A stretch of 64,000 nt of DNA from Candidatus Latescibacterota bacterium. GTDB lineage: Bacteria; Krumholzibacteriota; Krumholzibacteriia; WVZY01. How positions within the stretch are numbered: position 1 is the stretch's first letter; each line of letters opens with the position of its first letter. The stretch is taken from NCBI GenBank assembly GCA_963791045.1, contig CAWBQK010000004.1:64001-128000 (forward strand), in the 5' to 3' direction. Under the pieces are notes generated by a model. It had not been told where the DNA came from and ran no database searches. It was given only the letters and a program-made list of their open reading frames with translations. This document shows, piece after piece, positions 1 to 8,974 of the stretch. Made by a program: the position numbers and the translations under genes.

Positions 1-960
1 CGCGCCGTGCGACGCGCGTCCCTCGATCCCATACTTCCAACCCTTGGTCGTGCGGTACACGATTGCAGTCGGCTGACCGTTGTCGATCGTCCGCGCTTTT
101 CTCTGCGCGGCCACGATCTGTTGAAAATTCCGGCCATCCTCGACATAAATCACATTCCAGTCGTGGAGGTACGCGAACTCCATCGGCGTCCACTGAACGT
201 AATCGCCGGGTTCCTTGCCGTCGCGGCATACATGGTTGGAATCGATCGAAGCCTGGTTCCAGTCGATGTGCATGATCGCGTTGGCAAGAGACGCCGTCCC
301 AACCGCCGCCATGGCCTCACCGACACGCCCGGGTGTCATCCCGCCTTCGCCCTCGACGATGTGGACCCGCGGAGCTTTTGCGCCGTAGTAGTCGGCGGCG
401 CCATAGGCAAGACCCATCGAAGTCGCAACACCGACACCCGACGCTCCCGTCGACAGACGCACAAACGGCGTCGCCGGTGTGGGATGTCCATCGAGCGGTT
501 TGGAATTAAACTTCTTAAAGAGCGGTGTATTCGTGATCGGATTGCGCCGGAAACCAAGAAGGTCCTCGAGACGCAGCTGCATCTTCACATTTGAAGGAAG
601 CAGATCGGAAGCGCCCGCCCGCACAACTTCGTTCCTGAGCGCCCACATGGCATAAAGTCCCAGGGCCTTGTGTCCCGCCGCATATGAAATCTGATCCGCA
701 TCCCCACGATCAGGATCGGACACGTCATAATCCATCGCGTCGAACAAAATAGCTTCGACAAAACGCCCCGACGAAATCGATCCGCCCGGATGACCGGACA
801 TGGGAACATAATTGTACATCACGGCGCACAGCGATCTGTAAACGCTGTCAAATGTCTCGAATGAAGTGAGTTCTTCATCCGAGAGCGGGTTGCCGACTTT
901 TTTGAGCTCTTCGCTGATATCTATATAGACTGCTCTTCTCGGTCCAAACGCGAATGCCAT
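1..960 (-). CDS. Transketolase-like ThDP-dependent enzyme, N-terminal part (truncated by window edge)
   Basis: Absent from the ORF track because it has no stop inside the window. Manual translation from ATG at 960 (RBS AAGGAG upstream) gives MAFAFGPRR...SGHPGGSISS...YAAGHKALG...LDGHPTP...STGASGVG...VEGEGG...IDWNQ...TTKGW...SHGA, matching transketolase N-domain motifs (SGHPG, GH, GHP, TG.LG.G, GDG..N, TxKG, HG). Confidence 0.85.
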   Translation of the reverse strand, partial: MAFAFGPRRAVYIDISEELKKVGNPLSDEELTSFETFDSVYRSLCAVMYNYVPMSGHPGGSISSGRFVEAILFDAMDYDVSDPDRGDADQISYAAGHKALGLYAMWALRNEVVRAGASDLLPSNVKMQLRLEDLLGFRRNPITNTPLFKKFNSKPLDGHPTPATPFVRLSTGASGVGVATSMGLAYGAADYYGAKAPRVHIVEGEGGMTPGRVGEAMAAVGTASLANAIMHIDWNQASIDSNHVCRDGKEPGDYVQWTPMEFAYLHDWNVIYVEDGRNFQQIVAAQRKARTIDNGQPTAIVYRTTKGWKYGIEGRASHGA

Positions 961-993
961 CGTACGCTCCTTTCGCGAGCGGTTACCTCATAC

Positions 994-2292
994 TTAATAG
1001 AGATGCTCTCCAGCTTCAAAGAACCGCTTGAAGCCATCCTTGTCGAGGCTCGCCGCCTCGATCCTCCGCACACCCTCCTTGAGCGATTCCATATCGGTCG
1101 CCGTCGAGAGCCGCAAGAAATGCTTTCCCTCACTCCCTATCGCGCCGAACGACCGTCTGTCCATCGTGGCAACGCCATGCTCGTAGAGTGCAAACATCTG
1201 GAACATCGTCGACGGACTCGTCACCTTCTTTGTTTTGGCGTCCAGCGATTCGTACATCTCGATCATGCCGAGTTTTCTGCAAGCGCCGCCAATATTGGGG
1301 AATACGTAGAAAGCGCCTTCGGGCTTGTTGCACGAGACACCATCGATCGCGTTGAGCGCGTCGACAACCATATCCCGACGCTCCTGGAATTCGGTAGTCA
1401 TCGATGCGACAATGCCGCGGTTCTCATCACCATCGAGCGCCTGCTTACCGGCTTCCTGGATGAACGGTGGCGTGCACGAAATAATGTTGATGTTGAACTG
1501 CCGGAAGACCATCGCCTCTTCGACCGTGGGAAGCACGGCATAACCGAGCCGCCAGCCCGTCATCGCATACGACTTGGAGTGCCCGCTCACGAGAACGGTC
1601 TTCTCCGCCATACCCGGGAACGACACGATGCTCCGGTGTTTGTTTCCGTCAAAAATGATGTCCTCGTAGACTTCGTCCGAGTACACCCGGATGTCGGGGC
1701 TCGCCTTGTCGTTGATAACCCGCGCGATTTCCGTGAGGTCGGCTTCGGTGAGAACGCCTCCGGTCGGGTTCGAGGGCGAGTTGATTATCAGCACTTTTGT
1801 TTTTGGCGTGATCAAACGCTCAATATCGGACGCGTCAAAACGGAAGTTCTTCTCTTCCTCGAGATGGAGAGGCACCGGTTTCGCTCCGAGGAACGTCACC
1901 CACGATTCGTAGATTGGAAAGCCGGGGCTCGGATAGATGACTTCGTCGCCGGGATTGACAAAAGCCATCATCGTGTACGATATAGGCGGCTTCGCGCCGG
2001 TTGTAACGACGACTCTCTGTGGGTCGACGTCGATTCCCCGCGTCCGCTTAACCTGGGCCGCGATACTTTCCCGAAATTTGATGATCCCCTGCGGATCCGT
2101 GTAGTGTGAATTGCCGGCGTTGATATTCTTGATGCCGACATCATTGATATTCTGCGCGCTGTCAAAATCCGGCTCGCCGAGGTTGAGCTTGATGATCTTC
2201 ATCCCCTTCGCCTCGCACCGCTTGATATCATCACCGATTTTGAATGCGTTTTCCGTTCCGAGATTCAATACTCGATCAGCGAACACGCCCAT
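994..2292 (-). CDS. PLP-dependent aminotransferase, class I/II (aspartate aminotransferase family)
   Basis: Motifs LNLGEPDF, NSPSNPTG, SDEVY, SKSYAMTGWRLGY (PLP lysine), PEGAFYVF. Start placed at MGVFADRV. Confidence 0.93.
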   Translation of the reverse strand: MGVFADRVLNLGTENAFKIGDDIKRCEAKGMKIIKLNLGEPDFDSAQNINDVGIKNINAGNSHYTDPQGIIKFRESIAAQVKRTRGIDVDPQRVVVTTGAKPPISYTMMAFVNPGDEVIYPSPGFPIYESWVTFLGAKPVPLHLEEEKNFRFDASDIERLITPKTKVLIINSPSNPTGGVLTEADLTEIARVINDKASPDIRVYSDEVYEDIIFDGNKHRSIVSFPGMAEKTVLVSGHSKSYAMTGWRLGYAVLPTVEEAMVFRQFNINIISCTPPFIQEAGKQALDGDENRGIVASMTTEFQERRDMVVDALNAIDGVSCNKPEGAFYVFPNIGGACRKLGMIEMYESLDAKTKKVTSPSTMFQMFALYEHGVATMDRRSFGAIGSEGKHFLRLSTATDMESLKEGVRRIEAASLDKDGFKRFFEAGEHLY

Positions 2293-2335
2293 GGGAGCAC
2301 CCCCGCGAAAAAATACAAAATTAGGTCCCAACACT

Positions 2336-2370
2336 TAAAACAAAAGGGGCAGAATATACATTCCGCCCCT
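2336..2370 (-). terminator. Intrinsic terminator, riboswitch expression platform
   Basis: Minus strand AGGGGCGGAAT-GTAT-ATTCTGCCCCT followed by TTTGTTTT. Its 5' arm is the 3' P1 strand of aptamer 2. Confidence 0.8.
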
Positions 2371-2550
2371 GTCCTTGTTACCTGTGAGATTATCCTCTTT
2401 ACGAGGACTTACTCCTTCGGTGTCCAGGCTCACGGCCTGGCGCTTTCCAGGAGACTCCGAAACTCCAGTCCTTTTGCCTGAGAGTTTCGATCGGCCGCGG
2501 CCGTTCTTGCCCCTTCGGCGCCCGCTTTTCGCGAGTCTCTCCTGTGAGCC
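2365..2550 (-). ncRNA. Tandem glycine riboswitch (two aptamers)
   Basis: Aptamer 1: CAGGAGAG...CGCCGAAGGGGCAA...AAACTCTCAGGCAAAAGGACTG. Aptamer 2: CCTGGAAAG...CACCGAAGGAGTAA...AATCTCACAGGTAACAAGGACAGG. Both carry the GGARAG / CCGAAG / CTCTCAGG / GGAC consensus. Confidence 0.92.
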
Positions 2551-2567
2551 CGGTATGATTAAAAGCG

Positions 2568-2596
2568 ATTCTTGCATATTGGTTAACCAAAGGCAA
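2568..2596 (-). promoter_or_regulatory. Putative sigma70 promoter of the riboswitch leader
   Basis: TTGCCT-17 nt-AAGAAT with an extended -10 TG, ending just upstream of aptamer 1. Confidence 0.5.
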
Positions 2597-2844
2597 CAGA
2601 AAACGACGACTGGTCAGGGGCCCGAAATCCTGCCGCTTTTTGACATCTAACGGCCTCGAAATTGACAAATATCAAATGAAAAAGTGACCTGTTGTCCATT
2701 GCTGCCCGGCGGGTCAACACCGCCCCATTCACGCCACCACCAAAATCGCTACCCGAACAAGAACGAAGATTCTTTTAGCCGGCAATCTTCAACTAAATTT
2801 GCCGCGCGGGTTGTATTATCAGCGTTCTGTGCTATGTTTAGACC

Positions 2845-2960
2845 ACAGGATTTTCGCGAAACAAGTTTCAACCTGCCGGACGTTCTCGACTGGGTTCGGG
2901 GCCACTCTTTTGTGTCCGCGAATGATTGAGAAAGACGCACGTTCGGCAGGTTGTTTTTTT
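2845..2960 (+). ncRNA. Candidate small RNA (long rod hairpin plus U7), or a bidirectional terminator
   Basis: 15-bp stem (2869-2883 with 2939-2953) with inner stems, then TTTTTTT. Possible promoter TTGTAT-16-TATGTT at 2811-2838. Confidence 0.35.
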
Positions 2961-2978
2961 CAAGCGCCACCTTCCCCC

Positions 2979-3419
2979 TCAAGCGAAAACCTTTCTCACA
3001 ACAATCAACCCGATAATGAGCAACAACTCCACACCCGCAAGGAGGATTCCGCCTTTTTTAACGCGCTTTCCGAGATCCAACTTGTCCCGCCCCAGCTTAC
3101 GAATGGCTTTTTTAAGCCGAGCATTCTCCTGATCGAGCCTCGCTTCGGTTTTTGCAAATATCATCGAACTCTTTATCGCTTTTCCCGAGCGGGACGCCTT
3201 GAGGGAATCGGGGATTTCACTGATCGCTTGCCCTTCCTTCGCAATGTCCTCACGCAGCTTTGCCTTCTCGTCGAACACGCGCGATTGCTTTTGCTGATTC
3301 TCGACTATGGACGTTCCGACTTTTCGAAGCTCGACAACATCTTTGGAGATCACCACGCCGCCGATGATACCGCCAATGACGATCAGGACACCCAACGTGA
3401 CGCTCAATACACGTTTCAT
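2979..3419 (-). CDS. Hypothetical membrane protein (two TM helices flanking a coiled coil)
   Basis: Hydrophobic N- and C-terminal helices with a charged helical middle; RBS GGAG before the ATG. Confidence 0.75.
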   Translation of the reverse strand: MKRVLSVTLGVLIVIGGIIGGVVISKDVVELRKVGTSIVENQQKQSRVFDEKAKLREDIAKEGQAISEIPDSLKASRSGKAIKSSMIFAKTEARLDQENARLKKAIRKLGRDKLDLGKRVKKGGILLAGVELLLIIGLIVVRKVFA

Positions 3420-3440
3420 CTATTCACTCCGTATTTGATT

Positions 3441-5114
3441 TCATTGTGATCCATCGAAAACCACTTCGCCGCCGACCACAGTGTGGGTCACAGCGAGGTC
3501 GTGGAGATCGCTTTTCGGCACTTTGAACGGGTCAGAGGCCATAACCGTAAGGTCCGCTAACATACCCACTTGCACGCACCCCTTAATGCTTTCCATAAAT
3601 CCGGCGTACGCCGCCTCCCGTGTAAATCCGCTCACGGCCTCCTCCACAGTCATGCACTCTTGCGAATACCATCCCGATTCCGGCCAGCCCTCGGCGTCCT
3701 GCCGTGTGGCGGCCGCGTAGATACCCCACAATGGGTTCGCGCCTTCTACCGGGAAGTCCGATCCGCAGCAGATCACCGCACCGGTGTTCAATAATTTTCG
3801 CCACGCGTAAGCGCCCACAAGCCGCTCGCTCCCCAATCTGTCGACGGCCCAGTACATGTCGGATGTCGCGTGCGTCGGCTGCATCGACGCGATCACGCTG
3901 AGCTCTTTGAAACGGCCGATGTCTCCCGGCGCCAAAATTTGAGCGTGTTCGATCCTGAGCCGATAGTCCCCTTCTCCCGCTTCGTCCATTGCCTCTTTGT
4001 ACACATCGAGCATCAAACGGTTCGCGCCATCTCCGATCGCGTGCGTACAAACTTGAAACCCATTCTCGATCGCCAGCGTCGTCCAGCGTAGAAGCTCATC
4101 ACGTGTGTGCATCAAAAGCCCCGCGTTTCCCGGCTCATCCGAGTACGGCGCGAGGAGAGCCGCACCACGCGATCCCAACGCACCGTCCGCGTAGATCTTC
4201 AACGCCCGAATGGTGAGGTAGTGGTCGGGATCGAGCTCAGGCCCGTTCCGCATGAATTCTTCGGCAAAGGATTCCTCATCGGATTCGAGCATCCCGTATA
4301 CACGAAAGTTGAGTTCACCGTGTTCGACCAGATAGCGGAGCGCTTCGAGATCCTTCGCCCCGATACCCGCGTCATGGATACCCGTCAGTCCATAGCGGTG
4401 GCATTCGTCGATCGCCGTACGGTAGCGCTCGACCCGCTCCTCGAACGACGGCTCGGGTTTGACACTCGTCACGAGATTCTTTGCGTTGTCGATTAAAACA
4501 CCGGTCGGATTACCCGACTCATCCCTGATAATTCTCCCGCCATCGGGATCCTTCGTGTCTTTCGTGATTCCACACAACTCCATTGCGCGCTTATTGAGCC
4601 ACCCGGCATGACCGTCGACCCGCCGCAAATATACCGGGTTTGCATCGGTGCCGTCGAGATCGGCGAACGTGGGAAATTCCTTCACCGGCCAGTCGTTCTG
4701 GTCCCAACCGCGTCCCTCTATCCAGTCTCCCGGCGGCATCGTTTTCTGCCTGGCAAGAACCCGTTCGCGCGCGGCCACAGCCGAATCCGTACCTACGAGA
4801 TCCACCTGCCGTAGCGCCTTCCCCAGTCCGCTCAAATGGGCGTGGGCATCAACAAGCCCCGGCAGCACCGTCTTGCCCGTGACATCGAGCACGCGTGTAC
4901 CCGATCCCTTGAAGCGTTCCGCCTCCTCCCTGCTCCCCGTGAACACGATGTACTGGCCCCTGATGGCCACGGCTTCAACCCGCGGCTGTTCGGGGTTGAG
5001 AGTGTGGATGGTGTCGCCCACGACAATCAAATCGGCCTGTTGGGTCGAGCACGACATCATCGGAATGGCAAAAACAGCCAACAACACGACCAACAACACA
5101 TGGAAGTTCTTCAC
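3441..5114 (-). CDS. Amidohydrolase family 3 (YtcJ-like) lipoprotein
   Basis: PGLVDAHAH, KIYADGALGSRGA, HAIGD, RIEHAQ, GSDFP; lipobox-like MMSC. Confidence 0.92.
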   Translation of the reverse strand: MKNFHVLLVVLLAVFAIPMMSCSTQQADLIVVGDTIHTLNPEQPRVEAVAIRGQYIVFTGSREEAERFKGSGTRVLDVTGKTVLPGLVDAHAHLSGLGKALRQVDLVGTDSAVAARERVLARQKTMPPGDWIEGRGWDQNDWPVKEFPTFADLDGTDANPVYLRRVDGHAGWLNKRAMELCGITKDTKDPDGGRIIRDESGNPTGVLIDNAKNLVTSVKPEPSFEERVERYRTAIDECHRYGLTGIHDAGIGAKDLEALRYLVEHGELNFRVYGMLESDEESFAEEFMRNGPELDPDHYLTIRALKIYADGALGSRGAALLAPYSDEPGNAGLLMHTRDELLRWTTLAIENGFQVCTHAIGDGANRLMLDVYKEAMDEAGEGDYRLRIEHAQILAPGDIGRFKELSVIASMQPTHATSDMYWAVDRLGSERLVGAYAWRKLLNTGAVICCGSDFPVEGANPLWGIYAAATRQDAEGWPESGWYSQECMTVEEAVSGFTREAAYAGFMESIKGCVQVGMLADLTVMASDPFKVPKSDLHDLAVTHTVVGGEVVFDGSQ

Positions 5115-5129
5115 GATTCTGGTCCTTTT

Positions 5130-5714
5130 CTAAGGCCGCTCTTTTTGTGAATTTCTGAAGAAGATAGAGAGACCGATTGTAATCTCGTGTTCGTTGAAAT
5201 CCGCCACGGGATCGTTCAACACGCGTCTGTAGCCGTATTCTACACGGAAACCGGCGCGCCGGCCAACAAGCGATCGCATACCAATTCCAAAGCCGACAGG
5301 ATAGCGGCCGTGACTGAAACTTCCGACTTCCTCCTGCCGCCATCCAGCGACCAGCGACACATATGGATAGTTGCCACTCCGTCCCCATTTCTTGCCCCAA
5401 CTGACCGCGGCGGACAGATCGAATCTGTCCAGGGAGCTCACGTGCGAATAGCCCGCACCCACCTCGGCGCCCACCAGACCGTTTAGCCGTTCGGCAAACA
5501 TCCCTGTACGCACCCGCAGTGTGCCGGTTTGAATCCCCTCGACGTTCGTAAGCGCCCCGGCGACACCCAACTCGATGGCGCCCGTGTTGATCGACACCGC
5601 TTCGGCCGAATCGATTTCGGTTTCGGTCTGCGCGTACGCAAACGTCGAGGTCACCACAACAAACATGGCGATCCAAAGCCCCAAGCCTGCGACCATTCTA
5701 ACGAATCCACGCAT
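5130..5714 (-). CDS. Putative outer-membrane beta-barrel protein
   Basis: Signal peptide ending AYA-Q, amphipathic beta strands, terminal IGLSIFF strand. The start could instead be the ATG at 5696. Confidence 0.7.
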   Translation of the reverse strand: MRGFVRMVAGLGLWIAMFVVVTSTFAYAQTETEIDSAEAVSINTGAIELGVAGALTNVEGIQTGTLRVRTGMFAERLNGLVGAEVGAGYSHVSSLDRFDLSAAVSWGKKWGRSGNYPYVSLVAGWRQEEVGSFSHGRYPVGFGIGMRSLVGRRAGFRVEYGYRRVLNDPVADFNEHEITIGLSIFFRNSQKERP

Positions 5715-6818
5715 CGACGAGCTCCTTTTCCGCGGGCTTGTTTTTTGGCGTGAAGTCAATGCTCTCATCGCCGCTCGAAACGGCGAGCCAGTTCCACCAG
5801 AGCACACCGCGAACCCAGGGGTTTTCCGCGAGGGCCTCGAGCGTTCCCCAGTAGAGGTCCGCCTGCTCGTCGAAATCGACGTTCGCCTCTCTTTGGAAAT
5901 CATTGGGATACATTCCTGCGCCATCAATACTCCTGTATCCAATCTCGGTGATGAGTACGTCGCGACCGGCTTTTTTGTGGAGCAGGCGAAGCCGCTCGAT
6001 CCACGGCTGCCAGGCCGTGAGAATTTCGAAACGGCCGGTGTCGAGACGCCCGGTCAGGGGCGCGTAGAAATTCACACCGACGATGTCGAGGTCTTTCCAG
6101 AACGGGACGAGGGGCGCTTCGTCCCACGAAGCCGCGTAGGTGATTTCACCATCATAAACGCTCCTTATATCGGCGATGAGTTCTCTCCAGAGGGACTCGT
6201 GCTCGAGCGTGCCGGCAAGCTCCGTTCCGATAACGAACTGCTCCACATCCATCGCGACGGCCAGCTCGACCCACTCGAACAAAAAAGCACGGTACGATTC
6301 GAACCACGCTGCGGGATTCGACGGCGAAATCTCGGCGCGCCACGTGCCGTCTTCGAGATCGATATGAGGCTTGATCGTGACCGCCATGGGGAAACTAAGA
6401 GACTTTGCCCGCACGATCGCGTTTGCGACCGCCTGCGTCGACGGCGTCCGGGAGGGGTCGACGCGGACCTCGACGGAGGCGGCCCCATCCTGATATGCCG
6501 TCACCACGAATGCGATCGAGTTCGCGCCCGTCTGTGACACATCGCCGACGGACTCCAACCCTTCGGCGCCCCCGTACCCGTCTCGTGTCCAATCCACAAG
6601 CGTTATGCCCCTCGTGACCATACCGGAGGCGTCCGCCGGACCGGACGGCAGGTCGGAGCAACTCGGCAACACGGCGGCCACAAACGTACCGACACAGCCG
6701 ATACAAACGAGTGCCAAAAAATGAATGTTGCTTGAATGTTTGAAGCGGACACCTCTCGGGCGGCTATGCCGACACCGGCGCCGCCGACAAGAACGCCGCC
6801 GCCGTGCGGATGATTCAA
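5698..6818 (-). CDS. GH113-like (beta-mannanase/TIM-barrel) glycoside hydrolase lipoprotein; probable 1-nt frameshift near 6716-6721
   Basis: IKPHID, WRAEI.P, VIGTEL (acid/base), ITYAASW, VGVNFYAPL, ITEIGYRS (nucleophile), GVLWWNW; lipobox LPSC. The main frame lacks a convincing start. ATG 6818 overlaps the upstream TGA and joins the frame if one T is added to a T6 run. Confidence 0.75.
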
Positions 6819-8974
6819 CCTCCGTACTGGAGATCGAACTCGGTGAGCAATTTGCGGAACGTTTCGGACTCTCTAATACCGTCAAAATCGGGATCGCCTT
6901 CGATCCACTCGCGAACGTTTTTGTATCCGCTGCTCAGTGTTTTGCCCAGACACTCGCACGCTTTGTTTTCGTCTCCGAGCAGCGCATACGTCGCGGCACA
7001 GTTGTAAAGTACCAGCCCGTCCTTCGGGTTCAAATCGAGAATCCGCCCAAGGGCGTCATACGCTTTTTCCCGATCTCCAAAGAGGGTGTAAATCACACAA
7101 AAACGGCTGAGGGTCAATGGATCGTCCGGGATGATTTGAAGTGTCTTGAGACCAACCTCAAGAAATCTTTTGGCCGAATCGTTCGCTGCGGTGACGTCAC
7201 CCCGCCGCCGATGCGTCATATTGATATAAAGCCAGGGCTCGACACTACACGGTTTGATCTCGGCGCTTTCTTTATACCTTGCGAGCGCCGTGTCGAAGTC
7301 GCCCGTTACATCCGCGACGATACCCAGCCAGCGGTAGGCTTCGTAACACCGAGGCTTCTCCTGTGTAATGCGTTCGAAAGCTTCACGCGCTTCGGTGTAT
7401 TGCTTGCGGTAAAAACAAACAACGCCGAGACTGAAACGGGCAAGCGCAAGCCCGGGGTCGAGATCGAGCGCCCGTTGCGCGGCCTCGGACACACGGTCGA
7501 GCCAGAAATCGGACCCGTCGTAGTACGCGTACATATCCGTGTAAGCTTCGGCAAGATTCGCGAGCGAGAGCGCGAACGACGGATCGCTCGCCGCCGCGAA
7601 TTCATACATTCGGATTGCAGCTTCAGCGTTTTGAACGCCACCCGTCGACATAAACTCTCTGCCCCGCATGTAAAAATCGTATGCAACGGGATCGGTTGTC
7701 GGGTGTTTCGAGAAAACCTCCCGTTCCGCGTCACTGACGTGAAAACAGAGAGCATCAACCACTTCCGACGCCAGCGTCATTTGCAGCTCGATAATGTTGT
7801 CGAGTGTTCCATCGAACCGGGAGTTCCAGGTTTCGACACCGGTATTCACATCTATGATCTGAGCGTCTACTCGAATTTCATCACCCGACGTCCGTACCGA
7901 CCCCCGCAAGACAGAATCAACTCCCATGCACCGGCCCAGCTCGCGCGGATCGACATCCCTGCCGCGACACGTAAGCGAGTCGTGTTTTGACGCGAGTATG
8001 AGTTCATCGAAGCCCGACAGTCTGGATATCAAGTTCTCGGTCAGTCCCGTCGCAAGGTAGCTCTTGTCCGGGTCGCTACCCGCACAGGCAAGGTAAAGAA
8101 CCATCAGCGAAACCCGCGTCACCGTTTCCTCGGCGTTCAAAAACCCGTCGCGGGGACTGTCATCGGTTGGGCCCTCCGGACCCACACCCGCCACCACCCC
8201 GCCGGTTTCTGATTTCAAACGCTCTACGACATCGGCGACCGACCCGGGACGGTCGGAAGGATTTTTGTTCAATAGCTCGTTGGAAAGTTGAGCGAGGGAG
8301 AGTTCGTCGCCGCTGCGAACTCCCGCGGGAACCGGTGGCCTCGCATTGAACACATCGTGCGCGAGCGTTGCAGGATCTTGTCCCCGGAATGGAAGCGAGC
8401 CGGTGAGCCACTCGTATAGAATCACGCCTACCGACCACAGATCTGAGCGTTCATCGATCTCGCGTCCCTGAATCGCTTCGGGCGACATGTACGCAAGATC
8501 ATATATCGAATGTGCCAGTGCCGGTGTGCCATGCATAAAGCGTCCCATGCCAAACCAGTACACCTTCAGCCCCCCACTTTCCGTCCGTGAAATCACCCGC
8601 GGGCAGAGGCCTCCGTGCAACACGCCATTTTCATACGCCGCGCCGAGCCCGGCGAGCAGCTCTTCGAGATCGCCAACAGGTTCTTCCCCGCCATCGATAG
8701 GGACCCCGTACGCCTCGCATGAGACGAGCACATGGTCATCCGCCTCTTCCACGCCGTACACCGCCGCGACATTTCGATGGCTCATCGCGGAAATGGTCAA
8801 CATGTCCCTGATGAATTGCTGTTTGTCATTCTCGGTAAGAAAAACAGAGGTGGGAATCAAACGGAGCGTCACCGCCCTGCCGTCGGACACGTCTGTCGCA
8901 CGACGGACTGAACCTGCGTAGTCCTTGTAGATCTCTTGTTCGAGTTGAAAGTGAGAGAGTCTCTCACCGGTCAT
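6815..8974 (-). CDS. Ser/Thr kinase-like domain (catalytically degenerate) plus TolB-N-like domain and TPR repeats
   Basis: Kinase scaffold YMSPE, DERSDLWSVG, PF.G; then YLATGLTENLISRLS, GSVRTSG..IRV.AQ, AYDFYMRG; TPRs ending YNCAATYALLG. Confidence 0.85.
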   Translation of the reverse strand: MTGERLSHFQLEQEIYKDYAGSVRRATDVSDGRAVTLRLIPTSVFLTENDKQQFIRDMLTISAMSHRNVAAVYGVEEADDHVLVSCEAYGVPIDGGEEPVGDLEELLAGLGAAYENGVLHGGLCPRVISRTESGGLKVYWFGMGRFMHGTPALAHSIYDLAYMSPEAIQGREIDERSDLWSVGVILYEWLTGSLPFRGQDPATLAHDVFNARPPVPAGVRSGDELSLAQLSNELLNKNPSDRPGSVADVVERLKSETGGVVAGVGPEGPTDDSPRDGFLNAEETVTRVSLMVLYLACAGSDPDKSYLATGLTENLISRLSGFDELILASKHDSLTCRGRDVDPRELGRCMGVDSVLRGSVRTSGDEIRVDAQIIDVNTGVETWNSRFDGTLDNIIELQMTLASEVVDALCFHVSDAEREVFSKHPTTDPVAYDFYMRGREFMSTGGVQNAEAAIRMYEFAAASDPSFALSLANLAEAYTDMYAYYDGSDFWLDRVSEAAQRALDLDPGLALARFSLGVVCFYRKQYTEAREAFERITQEKPRCYEAYRWLGIVADVTGDFDTALARYKESAEIKPCSVEPWLYINMTHRRRGDVTAANDSAKRFLEVGLKTLQIIPDDPLTLSRFCVIYTLFGDREKAYDALGRILDLNPKDGLVLYNCAATYALLGDENKACECLGKTLSSGYKNVREWIEGDPDFDGIRESETFRKLLTEFDLQYGG

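Noticed and set aside
7-594. 195-aa plus-strand ORF
   Set aside because: Antisense shadow of the transketolase-like gene; no recognisable motifs.
1003-2109. 368-aa plus-strand ORF
   Set aside because: Antisense to the aminotransferase; typical high-GC shadow frame.
2335-2668. Short ORFs of 80-91 aa over the leader
   Set aside because: The region is explained by the glycine riboswitch, its promoter and its terminator.
6725-7990. 421-aa plus-strand ORF
   Set aside because: Antisense to the TPR region of the pseudokinase; no domain signature.
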